This document shows, piece after piece, positions 33,794-43,460 of a DNA stretch of 56,962 nucleotides. Source of the stretch: a virus (lineage: Duplodnaviria; Caudoviricetes); the IMG/VR virus record IMGVR_UViG_3300043568_000719, positions 1-56,962 of that record; one strand, written 5' to 3'. The first letter of the stretch is position 1; every line of letters begins with the position of its first letter. The notes beneath the pieces were generated by a model. That model saw only the letters and a list, made by a program, of their open reading frames with translations. It was not told the DNA's origin and made no database searches. A program made the position numbers and the translations under genes.

Positions 33794-35710
33794 TTAAAAA
33801 TAGAAGAACAGTCGCATACGGTTAGTCAGATTCTGCACTATGGTCTGAAGTTGAGCTGCTGGAATATCAGCAGCGGTGGTGCTTAATAACATTGTCACAG
33901 CTAAGACATTTGTGCTGCCACTCATTTTCAATTGCGCAGATAATTGTTCACCAGAAGTGGGAGCTGAAAATGTTACTGTGCCGAACACAGAGTTCCATCT
34001 AGGGTGCCCTATCAGTAGGAATAGATCGCATACGTTTTTGTTGGCTCCACCATAAGTACATCTTCGATATGCGTACACTTGAAATGTGTTGACTGTGGCA
34101 TTTTCATAGATAAATCCAGCGGACACATCCGTTGTCCCACCTGTGGCACGACCAGTTTTACCCCAACCTACGGTTCTGTTAGATCCCGGACGATAGCCAA
34201 ATGCTGTAAGCGGGCGACTGGTAGGATAATTGCCTGCGGGATAGTAGACCGGTTGAGTTGGATCCGGTGCTGGGTCATCATTTAAAACGTATACTCCCGG
34301 ATTTCGCCGATCGGCTGGAATATCCTGATCACCATATCCGAAAGTTTTCACATAAAAATCACCGTCATATATCGTGGTGGTTTTAGCAACTTGGTATCGA
34401 ATACTCGGGCCAGGAGTAGGACCCAACCCAGCAACAGTATTCACGTATTGAGCAAAAAAATCGGAATCATTGGCTGGGATAGTCCAATTTCCCCCTATTG
34501 GGAAATTAAAGAGGGCACCACCACCGACACTGCCATTAGACACATATTGATCAAACGCTCTGCCGTCGCTTGTTAAGATTCCATCATCGATTCCATCTAA
34601 CCTGTACGGAGACATAGAAATAGGCGATGTGTACTCACTGAGATAGTTGTTGAGATCAAACACCAAGCTGTCGAAAAATATTGATGGTGAGTATGTAGCC
34701 AGTCCTGCAGGCGGTGTATAATCAGCTGATATAGCACCTATACCCAATGTGGGCTGTGTTACTGTAAACACTGCGCTGGAGGGAACCATGATTCCTGTTG
34801 CATACCGTAGATTACATGATACTGTGAGTGTGCCGTCTACTAAATCAGCAGGCGGTACAGGATCTGGTCCAAACGCTCTGCTTGGAGGAATACTCACTAC
34901 TGGATCAGTATATCCGTCTGTGAATACCACACGGATTTCACCGTAGGCAGCTGTGCCTGTGGCGTTGTTAGCTACATCAGTTACACGAGCCTGCAACTGT
35001 ATATTATTAGAACCATAAGGGCTAGAAGCTGTACCAGTATAATATGTTTGAAATGTACTGGTACAACGATACCAATTTAGGCCATCGCTGGGTGTTGTAC
35101 CTGTGCCGGGAGTGTTTGCTCCAAAAATCTGTGTGCCTACTGCTGTTAACAGATTTGACCATGCTGTGTTCTGGGCGGAGGTAGTGCCACCAGTTCTGGC
35201 TGCACTAATTCGTATCTGTCCGCCGCTGTTGAAAAACCAACGAGCTTCGTTGGCGCTGCCGAAATAAAATCCTATCACACAACTCACAGTTCCGTTCCAT
35301 GCATTAGTTTTGGTCTGCGATATAGCAGCAGTAACTACACTTTCTCCTGCTGCCACGGTGAATCTATTTGTGGTGATATTGTTGGCCCAATCATCGTACT
35401 GCTTCTGTGGCACATCCAGTGTGCCAGTGTCTGGTGTAAAGGTTGAAGTATATCGAATGGTGTTACCTTCAGCTACCTGAGCTGTGGTAGGATTTGAACC
35501 ATTGATATGTTTGTAGGCATTAATCACATCGTATCGAAGGTTAGCCCATTCGTTGATAGTGACCTTGTTGCCTTCTGCTACAGCAACACTGTTGATTCGT
35601 GCCTGTTGGCCCCAACCAAAATTTCCGGAACCACTACCTAAAATGGAAACCATCTTGTTTCTGATATCGTTGTAATCTGCTTGGATTATTTTGCTATTAA
35701 CAGCTGGCAT
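33794..35710 (-). CDS. Virion structural (tail/baseplate-associated) protein with a C-terminal extension
   Basis: Thr/Gly/Asn-rich; N-terminal half paralogous to 35727..36662 (FFNSGG-IR, DGTLT). Confidence 0.72.
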   Translation of the reverse strand: MPAVNSKIIQADYNDIRNKMVSILGSGSGNFGWGQQARINSVAVAEGNKVTINEWANLRYDVINAYKHINGSNPTTAQVAEGNTIRYTSTFTPDTGTLDVPQKQYDDWANNITTNRFTVAAGESVVTAAISQTKTNAWNGTVSCVIGFYFGSANEARWFFNSGGQIRISAARTGGTTSAQNTAWSNLLTAVGTQIFGANTPGTGTTPSDGLNWYRCTSTFQTYYTGTASSPYGSNNIQLQARVTDVANNATGTAAYGEIRVVFTDGYTDPVVSIPPSRAFGPDPVPPADLVDGTLTVSCNLRYATGIMVPSSAVFTVTQPTLGIGAISADYTPPAGLATYSPSIFFDSLVFDLNNYLSEYTSPISMSPYRLDGIDDGILTSDGRAFDQYVSNGSVGGGALFNFPIGGNWTIPANDSDFFAQYVNTVAGLGPTPGPSIRYQVAKTTTIYDGDFYVKTFGYGDQDIPADRRNPGVYVLNDDPAPDPTQPVYYPAGNYPTSRPLTAFGYRPGSNRTVGWGKTGRATGGTTDVSAGFIYENATVNTFQVYAYRRCTYGGANKNVCDLFLLIGHPRWNSVFGTVTFSAPTSGEQLSAQLKMSGSTNVLAVTMLLSTTAADIPAAQLQTIVQNLTNRMRLFFYF

Positions 35711-35726
35711 AGGAATATTTACTTAA

Positions 35727-36662
35727 TTAACTGGCGGAGATAGCAGAAAGTGAATATGTTGGACTGGTTACAGTAAACGTTCCGCTCGGCTGTAACTGAC
35801 CTGACGCTTTTAATTCTTGTACAGAAATTGTCAATGTTCCGTCTACTGTATCGCCTGGCGGGAATCCCGCAGCTGATGGAACGAACCCAGTCGTAGGTAC
35901 GGGATCCGGAACCGGATCAACATATGAATCTAAAAGAGTGATCCTAATTAAAATCTGTGTTGCTGTTCCGGAAGAATTATCAGATACATTGCAACTGGCT
36001 TCTAATCTATAACTGTTAGCAGAATAAGGTGTGCTGAGACTGTTGGTATAAAACTGTTGATAGGAATTGGTCAATGTATAAAAATTTACGTTTGGATTAG
36101 TATCAGCTCCAAAAGACACTGTGCCTACACTGGCCAAAAAATTCTTCCAAGCATTTACTTGAGGAGTAGCTGACCCGCCTGTGATCTGAGAAGATGCTCT
36201 AATTTTTCCGCCACTGTTAAAAAAATATCTTGCAGCGGCAGCAGTTAAAAATGTCACAGTTATCACTGTCTGCGCCTGTGTGCTCCATGCACTGCTATAA
36301 GTAACATTGCCCACGGCAGCAACTGCTGATTGATTCCCGGCTATGTTAAATCTATTTGCTACCGCCTGCTCCATTAGAATGTCATAGTTGGTATTAGGAG
36401 AACTCACTCCATACCCTATAGGATCTCCTACGTTTACTGTGGCTATCGCTGGCACAACTCCGTCTTGATGCAATCGAATATTGATAATATCGTATCGCAG
36501 CGCATCCCACTGTGCTTTAGTTATAGTGTTGCCGGTAAACACATCAGCAGATTGCACAGTCTGCCCGTAGCCTCTAGTAGTGGACCCTGTGCCTAATATA
36601 GATTGAGCTTTGTCTTGTATGGCGACAAACTGGGATGCCAGTATGTTTGTACCTAAAGTCAT
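35727..36662 (-). CDS. Virion structural (tail/baseplate-associated) protein
   Basis: Thr/Ser-rich beta protein within the tail gene block. Confidence 0.72.
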   Translation of the reverse strand: MTLGTNILASQFVAIQDKAQSILGTGSTTRGYGQTVQSADVFTGNTITKAQWDALRYDIINIRLHQDGVVPAIATVNVGDPIGYGVSSPNTNYDILMEQAVANRFNIAGNQSAVAAVGNVTYSSAWSTQAQTVITVTFLTAAAARYFFNSGGKIRASSQITGGSATPQVNAWKNFLASVGTVSFGADTNPNVNFYTLTNSYQQFYTNSLSTPYSANSYRLEASCNVSDNSSGTATQILIRITLLDSYVDPVPDPVPTTGFVPSAAGFPPGDTVDGTLTISVQELKASGQLQPSGTFTVTSPTYSLSAISAS

Positions 36663-38464
36663 TACAGTACCAATGCCTCGATAATTTTTACGCCTTCGTT
36701 GTCATTGCTTTCTAATGCTACTGCAAAAACACCGCTGGAGTGAGGGACTGCGATCATTGCACAACCGCCGTCAGTTGCAATTAGATCATCACCTTTTTTC
36801 ACCCGACCAATCACTTTAACTGGCACACGCCCTTTTAGAGCAATATATGTTCCGCCTTCCAAATCCTTGTTCATCATAAATGCTGGATTTGTACTTACTA
36901 CACCGATTGCACGTTTACCCCATGCACATGCTGTAACTTCTTTTTCGCCGCCAATCATAACCACTGTGCCTGCTTCATATTCTGCATCGGCCAAGTATTT
37001 CTCTGCTAAGTCAGCATATCGAGCTGCGGTAGCTGTACCGTTAAAAATGTTAGCAGTGATATTACCACTAACATCTCTGCCTACTATACTGTAAGCAGTG
37101 GCTGTGAGTCTAGCAGTTCTATAGTGAGTGCTGGCGGTGCCATCAAACCATGTAGGATCTGCTCTAGCGTCTGTGCGATCAAGAAATGTTCTATCTACTT
37201 TGTCTGCTATACCTACAAATTGATTTGCTAATATATTACCACTGCTGTTTCGAACTGCTACTGTGGCCACTGCTGTGCCTGGCACTGTAGCACTACCTTC
37301 TAATCCGTTAAGAGTACCGGAGTCTGCCGCAGTGGTAGCTGAACCTGTAATCGATCCAGTTAATGTCCCTACGATGTTCGCTCCAGCAAAACCTATCTGC
37401 TTGGTAGCTGCATTGATCATAACGTTGTTGTCGTCGGCTAATACATTACCTTTATGACTGCCTGTGGTATTACCTGTGACCGCTCCTACCAATGCGCCTC
37501 TAAATGTAGTAGCATATACATCGCTCCACGCCAACGCAGATGAACCCAAAGTATATGCATTTCCAACTCCAGGAACTACGCCAGTGGGTCTTACAATCGC
37601 AATATCTCTTTCGTCTGTGGTTTCAGTGACTGTGATTCTAAAAGTAATATCGTTGCCGAGACGGTTTTCAACAATAACATCATTGCCGCCTTCTACGCGG
37701 ATTCTAAGATCATTGCCGTCGCCTACTTGAAAGCCAGGATCTTTAAAACTAACTTCTGAATTAAATGAGCTTTCACCTGTCTTAATATATTGATCAGCTG
37801 TGAAGCCGCCTAGTTTAGTAGCGTTTGATGCTGTTCCCCAAAAGGTAAAATCGTCGGTGGAAACACCAGTCTGTGATTTAGCCAGGGTGACACCTTTCTT
37901 TATAACTGTGAAATCATCTATGGTGTTTTTACTGTTGTCAAGGGTAAACGCAGTCTTGCTGACCACTGCTATAGTTTTATTATCTGATATAACTTTTAAT
38001 ATTGTATGTGGGCCTTCTGCGGTACTGATAGTACCATAAACCACTGCAGGACTTATTATCGAAGTGCCTAAGTCTGGACTGGCAATTGGTCCAATCAGGG
38101 TGAAATCTGTGCCAGTATAAGTGTATAGTTGTTTGGCTCCTGTATCCCACCAAAAGTCACCTGCTACCAACCCGCTTGGAGCTGTGGCGCTGGCTTCTGC
38201 ACCGCCTGCGACTTTGAATCTGGCACCATCATAGAATTTCAGTTTCTTGGCAGCTGTATCAAACCAAATTTGTCCGGTTACAGATTTTGGTGGCGCTGTA
38301 GTATTGGCGAAATTTTCCAACAGGTGCACAAAATTCTCATTTTGTACTTCGCCGTAACCTGCGTAATTCTTACCAACTAATCTTAGATCAGTAGTGGTGT
38401 CGATTGTGCCGTCAGCTACAGACGTTAAAAACACACCGTTAAATTTATTGACTTCATATGCCAT
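36662..38464 (-). CDS. Tail fibre/baseplate protein with a C-terminal chaperone-like domain
   Basis: Shared MAY...LVGKNYAGYGE...ENFVHLLENFA N-terminal domain; C-terminal YADLAEKY...GVVSTNPA...ALKGRVPVKV. Confidence 0.8.
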   Translation of the reverse strand: MAYEVNKFNGVFLTSVADGTIDTTTDLRLVGKNYAGYGEVQNENFVHLLENFANTTAPPKSVTGQIWFDTAAKKLKFYDGARFKVAGGAEASATAPSGLVAGDFWWDTGAKQLYTYTGTDFTLIGPIASPDLGTSIISPAVVYGTISTAEGPHTILKVISDNKTIAVVSKTAFTLDNSKNTIDDFTVIKKGVTLAKSQTGVSTDDFTFWGTASNATKLGGFTADQYIKTGESSFNSEVSFKDPGFQVGDGNDLRIRVEGGNDVIVENRLGNDITFRITVTETTDERDIAIVRPTGVVPGVGNAYTLGSSALAWSDVYATTFRGALVGAVTGNTTGSHKGNVLADDNNVMINAATKQIGFAGANIVGTLTGSITGSATTAADSGTLNGLEGSATVPGTAVATVAVRNSSGNILANQFVGIADKVDRTFLDRTDARADPTWFDGTASTHYRTARLTATAYSIVGRDVSGNITANIFNGTATAARYADLAEKYLADAEYEAGTVVMIGGEKEVTACAWGKRAIGVVSTNPAFMMNKDLEGGTYIALKGRVPVKVIGRVKKGDDLIATDGGCAMIAVPHSSGVFAVALESNDNEGVKIIEALVL

Positions 38465-38498
38465 GCTGTTAGCCCCTAATATCTTGTATTTATTGCTG

Positions 38499-38855
38499 TC
38501 ATGCTATACGAGCTGCTGCGGCTTCGCGCTGCTGCTCGAGTTGTATATACTCTGCATCCGATAGACTGGTGGCAATATTCAGTGCTTTCTGTCTAATATG
38601 CCGCAAAATCTTCCAATCCGTGCTGTTTAAAAATTCTCTTTCTACTGCATTTTTCTGTTGCTGTTCTTTTGCAGACAGACTGTAATCCGGATTTGCTATT
38701 ACCGTTTGTGTTCCTACATCGAATTTATGAGTAGTGGAGCTTATGTTGTCATACTGCTCGTCTGTAATTTCAGCTATTGTTACCGAAGAAGGAACATTCG
38801 GCATATAATTTAATACACTTATTACATTATTATTTTCAATACACACGTAATACAT
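38499..38855 (-). CDS. Tail fibre assembly chaperone-like protein
   Basis: Follows the fibre gene; FLNSTDWKILRH...QREAA pattern; start reassigned to ATG 38855. Confidence 0.62.
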   Translation of the reverse strand: MYYVCIENNNVISVLNYMPNVPSSVTIAEITDEQYDNISSTTHKFDVGTQTVIANPDYSLSAKEQQQKNAVEREFLNSTDWKILRHIRQKALNIATSLSDAEYIQLEQQREAAAARIA

Positions 38856-38857
38856 TA

Positions 38858-41614
38858 TTATCTCCAAATAGCCAAATAGTTTGCTGCCGGGGTCGAACGT
38901 TGTTCAGTGTTTTGCACATATACCCTAATTCGATTACCTAAATTACTCCACGTGCAACGCATAGAATCGTCACTGTTGACTCCTCCGGCGTAATGAATAA
39001 CCGCAATCGACGGCATAAATGCTACTAAGTTTGCCATTGACTTCCCTGCTGGCGGAAATACATCAAAATAGTTTGCACTGTCATTCCATGAACCTACTTG
39101 ATTAGTAAATCCTGAAGTACTGTAAATTGTATTGCCCGATGTTATTGTATAATTTGGAATACTGTTTACATAATTTATTATTGCTGCTGCAGACACTTGA
39201 TCTGGTTCATCGATTTCACCAAACACTTTAATACATGCTACCAGTGCAACGTTTCTTGGTCTTGTTGCTCCGTATGAAAATCCCGAAGTTCCCAAATTAA
39301 GCGGTGTATTTGCACTTACATAGGATAGCATTATATTTGGATACGAGTCCGTAGATATCTGATCCATGCCTACTTCCACGTTAAATTGTGGATCTACCGG
39401 ACCAGAAGTTCCGCCCGGATAATTATTTCTGCCGATAATACTAGAAGTATTGAAACTTCCATAATTTGGATCGGTAACATTAATTGTACCCTTTTGGAAA
39501 GTGCCAACTCCTCTACCGGAGTCAACTCCCCGACCACCATCCCAACTTCTAATAAATTCTCCTCTTAGATCTGGTAGTCTAAACGTGTTTCCAGATCCAC
39601 CGTAGGTATATCCAATCTTAGAAAATAACAACGAGAATGCTGTTGTAGATAACGAAGCCCCGTCACACGTCATCCAACCCACTGGAATAGTGGCAGAGGG
39701 ATAATACAGTATTGCTCCTACCGGAGCTCCGGAGTTTGGATCGCTGGCTTCTACTACAATATTTTGTGTGCCATCAAATGCTACACCGTTAATTGTTCTA
39801 GGTGTTTGCAATCTAGTTGCTGTTCCAGCATTACCTGTAATATTGCCAGTAACATTTCCTGTTAGGTTAGCAGAGACTGTTCCCGCTGCAAAATTTCCGC
39901 TGGCATCTCTTGCAACAACTTTAGATGCAGTGTTTGTCGAGGTAGCATCTACAGATATCGTCACTGGTACTGAAGAATTAAAGAAATTCACACTACCACT
40001 GGTAGTGGTATTGGCCATATTAATAAAGCTGCCTTTGTTCAGCTGCTCTAAGATCAATGGTTCCCATATTGGACCGCCAGGTCTTGCTCTCAATACTGAA
40101 TTATCTGCACCTAATCCTAAGAATCCTGTGACTCCCACAGATTGTTGAACTGCAATCGCACCCAGACCGCCACCGACAAGATTAGTGGCATTAGTGGACA
40201 ATGTTGCTGTAGCAGCATTTCCAAATAAATTGTTAGCATAGATACCATTGAACTTATAGCCGGCGATACCGAGGTTGGTATTATTATCGCCTATCACTGC
40301 CGGAGCATTCGGGCCGCCAAGACTCAATGATGTTGCAGAATCTATAAAGTTAATATCGGGACCGCTGCCACCCATATCAAAATTCAATCGACCTGTTGTT
40401 GATCTAATTGTCGGGGTACTAGAGTCTACAAATACTCTCAGTTGTGTTCCGCTGCCTACAAATATTCCACTGTCGTTTACGGTTAAAGAACTCAGCGTTC
40501 CTACCTGTGTCAACGCACTCAGTGTCACAGAATTATTGATAGCATTACCAGTTAATGTTTCTGCGCTGGCAGCAACTGTGATGTTTCTAGTACCGTCAAA
40601 ATTCACACCATTTATACTTCGTTCTGTGGCCAATCTTGTGGCTGTGGCAGCGTTACCTGTAAGTTGTGATCCCACAAATTGATTAGCCTGTACAGTATTA
40701 AATGTACTCACCCCACTGCTGGCAGTGACATTACCTGTAAGATCGCCTACAAAAGTTGCACTGATAGTACCGGCTGAAAATCCACCTTCTGAATTTCGTG
40801 CTACTACCTTGCCTAATAAATTTGCAGATGAAGCATCTACACTCCATGTACGCTCTACGCTGCCATCAAAATCAGAACCTGCAATATAGGTACCTTTTTT
40901 CAACGTATTAGTAGTATTGGCAGTGACAGTGATATTCGATGAAGCATTAAATGGCACGCCGTTGATTAATCTTGCGGTAGCCAACTGATCTGCTGTGGCA
41001 GCATTGCCTGTGATGCTGCCATTTATTTTAGCAGTCTCGGATAAATTTATACCTGCCTGTAGAACATTGCTGAATCCAGTTACTGAATTACTAGGATTAA
41101 TAACAAATGCCGAGGCAGTACAAATAGCAAATGCTGTGCCGTTGGTTTCTAAAAAGATCACCGGGCGTGGATCGCCTGCGGTGTTATCCAACGATCCCGA
41201 TCTAGCTCTTGTTGATCCAAATCCTTCTACAGCTTCGGGACCTATAAATCTCCATTCTGTGCCAGTATAGACAAACAGTTGGTTAACTGGAGTTTTCAGC
41301 CATAACGCACCTTTGTTATTGTTGGTAGGTGTTGTGGCACTGACTGAAGCTGCTCCGATAGGATTCCACTGTGTGCCATCGTAGGCGTAGGCAGTGGCAT
41401 CCGTGGTGTTGAACCATATCTGCCCGACAATCGGTCTAGAAGGCGGAGCCGAGTTGGCAAAATTTTCTAAGAGAAACAGAAAATTTTCATTCTGTGTTTC
41501 GCCATAGCCTACATAGTTTCTACCTACTAAGCCGAGACTGGTGGTGGTATCTAATGTGCCGTCATCCAGCACTATTAGTTCTTCGCCACTAAACTTATTA
41601 ATTACATAGGCCAT
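38858..41614 (-). CDS. Tail fibre protein with a tail-collar domain
   Basis: PVGAILYY...GWMTCDG...LFSKIGYTYG...FRLPDLRGEFIR collar motif; three GNAxTAxxL...INGVxF shaft repeats. Confidence 0.88.
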   Translation of the reverse strand: MAYVINKFSGEELIVLDDGTLDTTTSLGLVGRNYVGYGETQNENFLFLLENFANSAPPSRPIVGQIWFNTTDATAYAYDGTQWNPIGAASVSATTPTNNNKGALWLKTPVNQLFVYTGTEWRFIGPEAVEGFGSTRARSGSLDNTAGDPRPVIFLETNGTAFAICTASAFVINPSNSVTGFSNVLQAGINLSETAKINGSITGNAATADQLATARLINGVPFNASSNITVTANTTNTLKKGTYIAGSDFDGSVERTWSVDASSANLLGKVVARNSEGGFSAGTISATFVGDLTGNVTASSGVSTFNTVQANQFVGSQLTGNAATATRLATERSINGVNFDGTRNITVAASAETLTGNAINNSVTLSALTQVGTLSSLTVNDSGIFVGSGTQLRVFVDSSTPTIRSTTGRLNFDMGGSGPDINFIDSATSLSLGGPNAPAVIGDNNTNLGIAGYKFNGIYANNLFGNAATATLSTNATNLVGGGLGAIAVQQSVGVTGFLGLGADNSVLRARPGGPIWEPLILEQLNKGSFINMANTTTSGSVNFFNSSVPVTISVDATSTNTASKVVARDASGNFAAGTVSANLTGNVTGNITGNAGTATRLQTPRTINGVAFDGTQNIVVEASDPNSGAPVGAILYYPSATIPVGWMTCDGASLSTTAFSLLFSKIGYTYGGSGNTFRLPDLRGEFIRSWDGGRGVDSGRGVGTFQKGTINVTDPNYGSFNTSSIIGRNNYPGGTSGPVDPQFNVEVGMDQISTDSYPNIMLSYVSANTPLNLGTSGFSYGATRPRNVALVACIKVFGEIDEPDQVSAAAIINYVNSIPNYTITSGNTIYSTSGFTNQVGSWNDSANYFDVFPPAGKSMANLVAFMPSIAVIHYAGGVNSDDSMRCTWSNLGNRIRVYVQNTEQRSTPAANYLAIWR

Positions 41615-41632
41615 TTAGCCGCTCCTAATTCA

Positions 41633-43447
41633 TTATGGAGGAAGCACTGTGTCTGATTGCCATGCCCACACGCCTCCTACTATTTGAAACAATTTAATAA
41701 TTCTTGTCACAGACACACTGCTTGCTGCAATAGTAGCTGTTGGAAAACTTATATTAGTAATAGCCAAACTGCTGGCGCCGCCAAGATTAGTCAAGAACGC
41801 TGCTGTTGACAGTGCTGGCGGTAAAGAATTAATCTCTAATGTCTGTGAATTGTTGCTGATCAAACTACACAGTATTCTTGCATATGTGCCTGTACGATAT
41901 TCAGCCACAGGAGAAAGATTGTTTAGAATATTATCAATAATGTATGTGTTAGATTTTCCGTCAGATATATCAATTGAGAAAATCAATGGTCTTGATTCTA
42001 TTCTATTATCAGTGTATTCTTTGGTTGCAGCATCTTGGGCAGAGGTTGGATTAGCCATGCCTGTGATTCTCGGCGATCCTATCAATACCACATTCCCTGT
42101 ACCATCCGGTTCTAATTCAATATCGAAATTAGATGACACTGTGCTGATTCTGTGATTTTCCAGTCTTAGTTGTGTTACTGCTGGAGCGCCAGGACCGATG
42201 TTTACCACAGTCTGTGTACCAAACGAACTCACACCCGGAATACTTGTGATAGCGGATCCAAGACTGTTACCATCTATAACTTTGGTACCACCTATGTATA
42301 GTGCCTTGCCAGCCGCTAAATTCACTGTATCTGATACAGCTAACCAATTGCTGGATTCTGAGTAAGCAATAGTTTTGTCTGTGGTGCCTTTGATTGTGAT
42401 ACCTGCGCCGTCGGCTGTGCTATTACTAGGACTGGCCACGTTGGCAATCACCACATTTTTATCTTCTACGGTGAAAATGCTGGTGTTCAATGTAGTTGTG
42501 GTGCCTTCTACTGTAAGGTCACCAGTTATTACTAAATTTCCGCCAACATTAACTGTGCTTGAAGGAATAGTAGGATACAATCCTATGGTTCTTGCAGCAG
42601 CATTTATTACCACAGCGTTTTCTTGGGTTGCTGCTTTATTCACACTGAGTGTAATATTCTTATCTGAAGAAGAATTAGCTAACACCAAGTCGCCGCCGTT
42701 TACAAACAATAATCCCTGACCTGCTGAACCTACTATCAGGCCTGAATCTACAGTGATCTGTAGTTGACCGTTGATAGCATTAGAGCTGTCTGTTCGCACA
42801 TAAGTAGTAGACACTGCTCCGCCGAGACTGTCGCTGTTGGTACAAGTAGCACGTATTTTAAAATTTGCTAATGTGCCTGCGTTGAATCCTGGTTCGATAC
42901 TGCCTGTAAATCCTATGATAGCGACTTTTGGCGTAAAGCTGTCTTTGGCAAATATACCTAATAAAATACCGTTGTTGTACAAACTTGTAATAACTCTGGT
43001 TTGATTCAGTGTGTCAAGAATAGTGTCGACTCTAATACCACTAAGACTTTGAGAACTGCTGTATGATGGAGCCAACAATACTGCTGCTGTACCATCAAAG
43101 AAAAATAATTGTTGTCTTACATTGTCATACCACAAATCACCTGTGGCCAGTGTTGATGGTTGCGAGCCTGAAATAGTAGCGGAACTTACTGGAACAAAAT
43201 CTAATCCATTATATACCTTTAACTTAGATTGACTTGAATCAAACCATATTTGTCCTCTGATAGGATTATCTGGCGGTGTCGAGTCTGCAAAGTTCTCTAA
43301 TAATTGAATTAGATTTTCATTAAATATTTCTCCAAACCCACTGTAGTTTTTTCCGATCAAGGTAATTGCAGTCGATCGGTCATCAATTTGACCGTCTGCA
43401 ACTGTAGCAACTATAGTTCCGTCTGTTTTGTTAATCTGATATGCCAT
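41633..43447 (-). CDS. Tail fibre/baseplate protein
   Basis: Shared N-terminal ENFA domain; ITGDLTVEGTTTT and ITGMANPTSAQDAATKEYTD fibre motifs. Confidence 0.82.
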   Translation of the reverse strand: MAYQINKTDGTIVATVADGQIDDRSTAITLIGKNYSGFGEIFNENLIQLLENFADSTPPDNPIRGQIWFDSSQSKLKVYNGLDFVPVSSATISGSQPSTLATGDLWYDNVRQQLFFFDGTAAVLLAPSYSSSQSLSGIRVDTILDTLNQTRVITSLYNNGILLGIFAKDSFTPKVAIIGFTGSIEPGFNAGTLANFKIRATCTNSDSLGGAVSTTYVRTDSSNAINGQLQITVDSGLIVGSAGQGLLFVNGGDLVLANSSSDKNITLSVNKAATQENAVVINAAARTIGLYPTIPSSTVNVGGNLVITGDLTVEGTTTTLNTSIFTVEDKNVVIANVASPSNSTADGAGITIKGTTDKTIAYSESSNWLAVSDTVNLAAGKALYIGGTKVIDGNSLGSAITSIPGVSSFGTQTVVNIGPGAPAVTQLRLENHRISTVSSNFDIELEPDGTGNVVLIGSPRITGMANPTSAQDAATKEYTDNRIESRPLIFSIDISDGKSNTYIIDNILNNLSPVAEYRTGTYARILCSLISNNSQTLEINSLPPALSTAAFLTNLGGASSLAITNISFPTATIAASSVSVTRIIKLFQIVGGVWAWQSDTVLPP

Positions 43448-43460
43448 GTTATTTTACCTA

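Noticed and set aside
38469-41628. TTAG-(SD)-CTAA mini-stems before two paralogous fibre genes (38469-38479 and 41615-41628)
   Set aside because: The 4-bp AT-rich stems are too weak, and chance or shared ancestry explains them.
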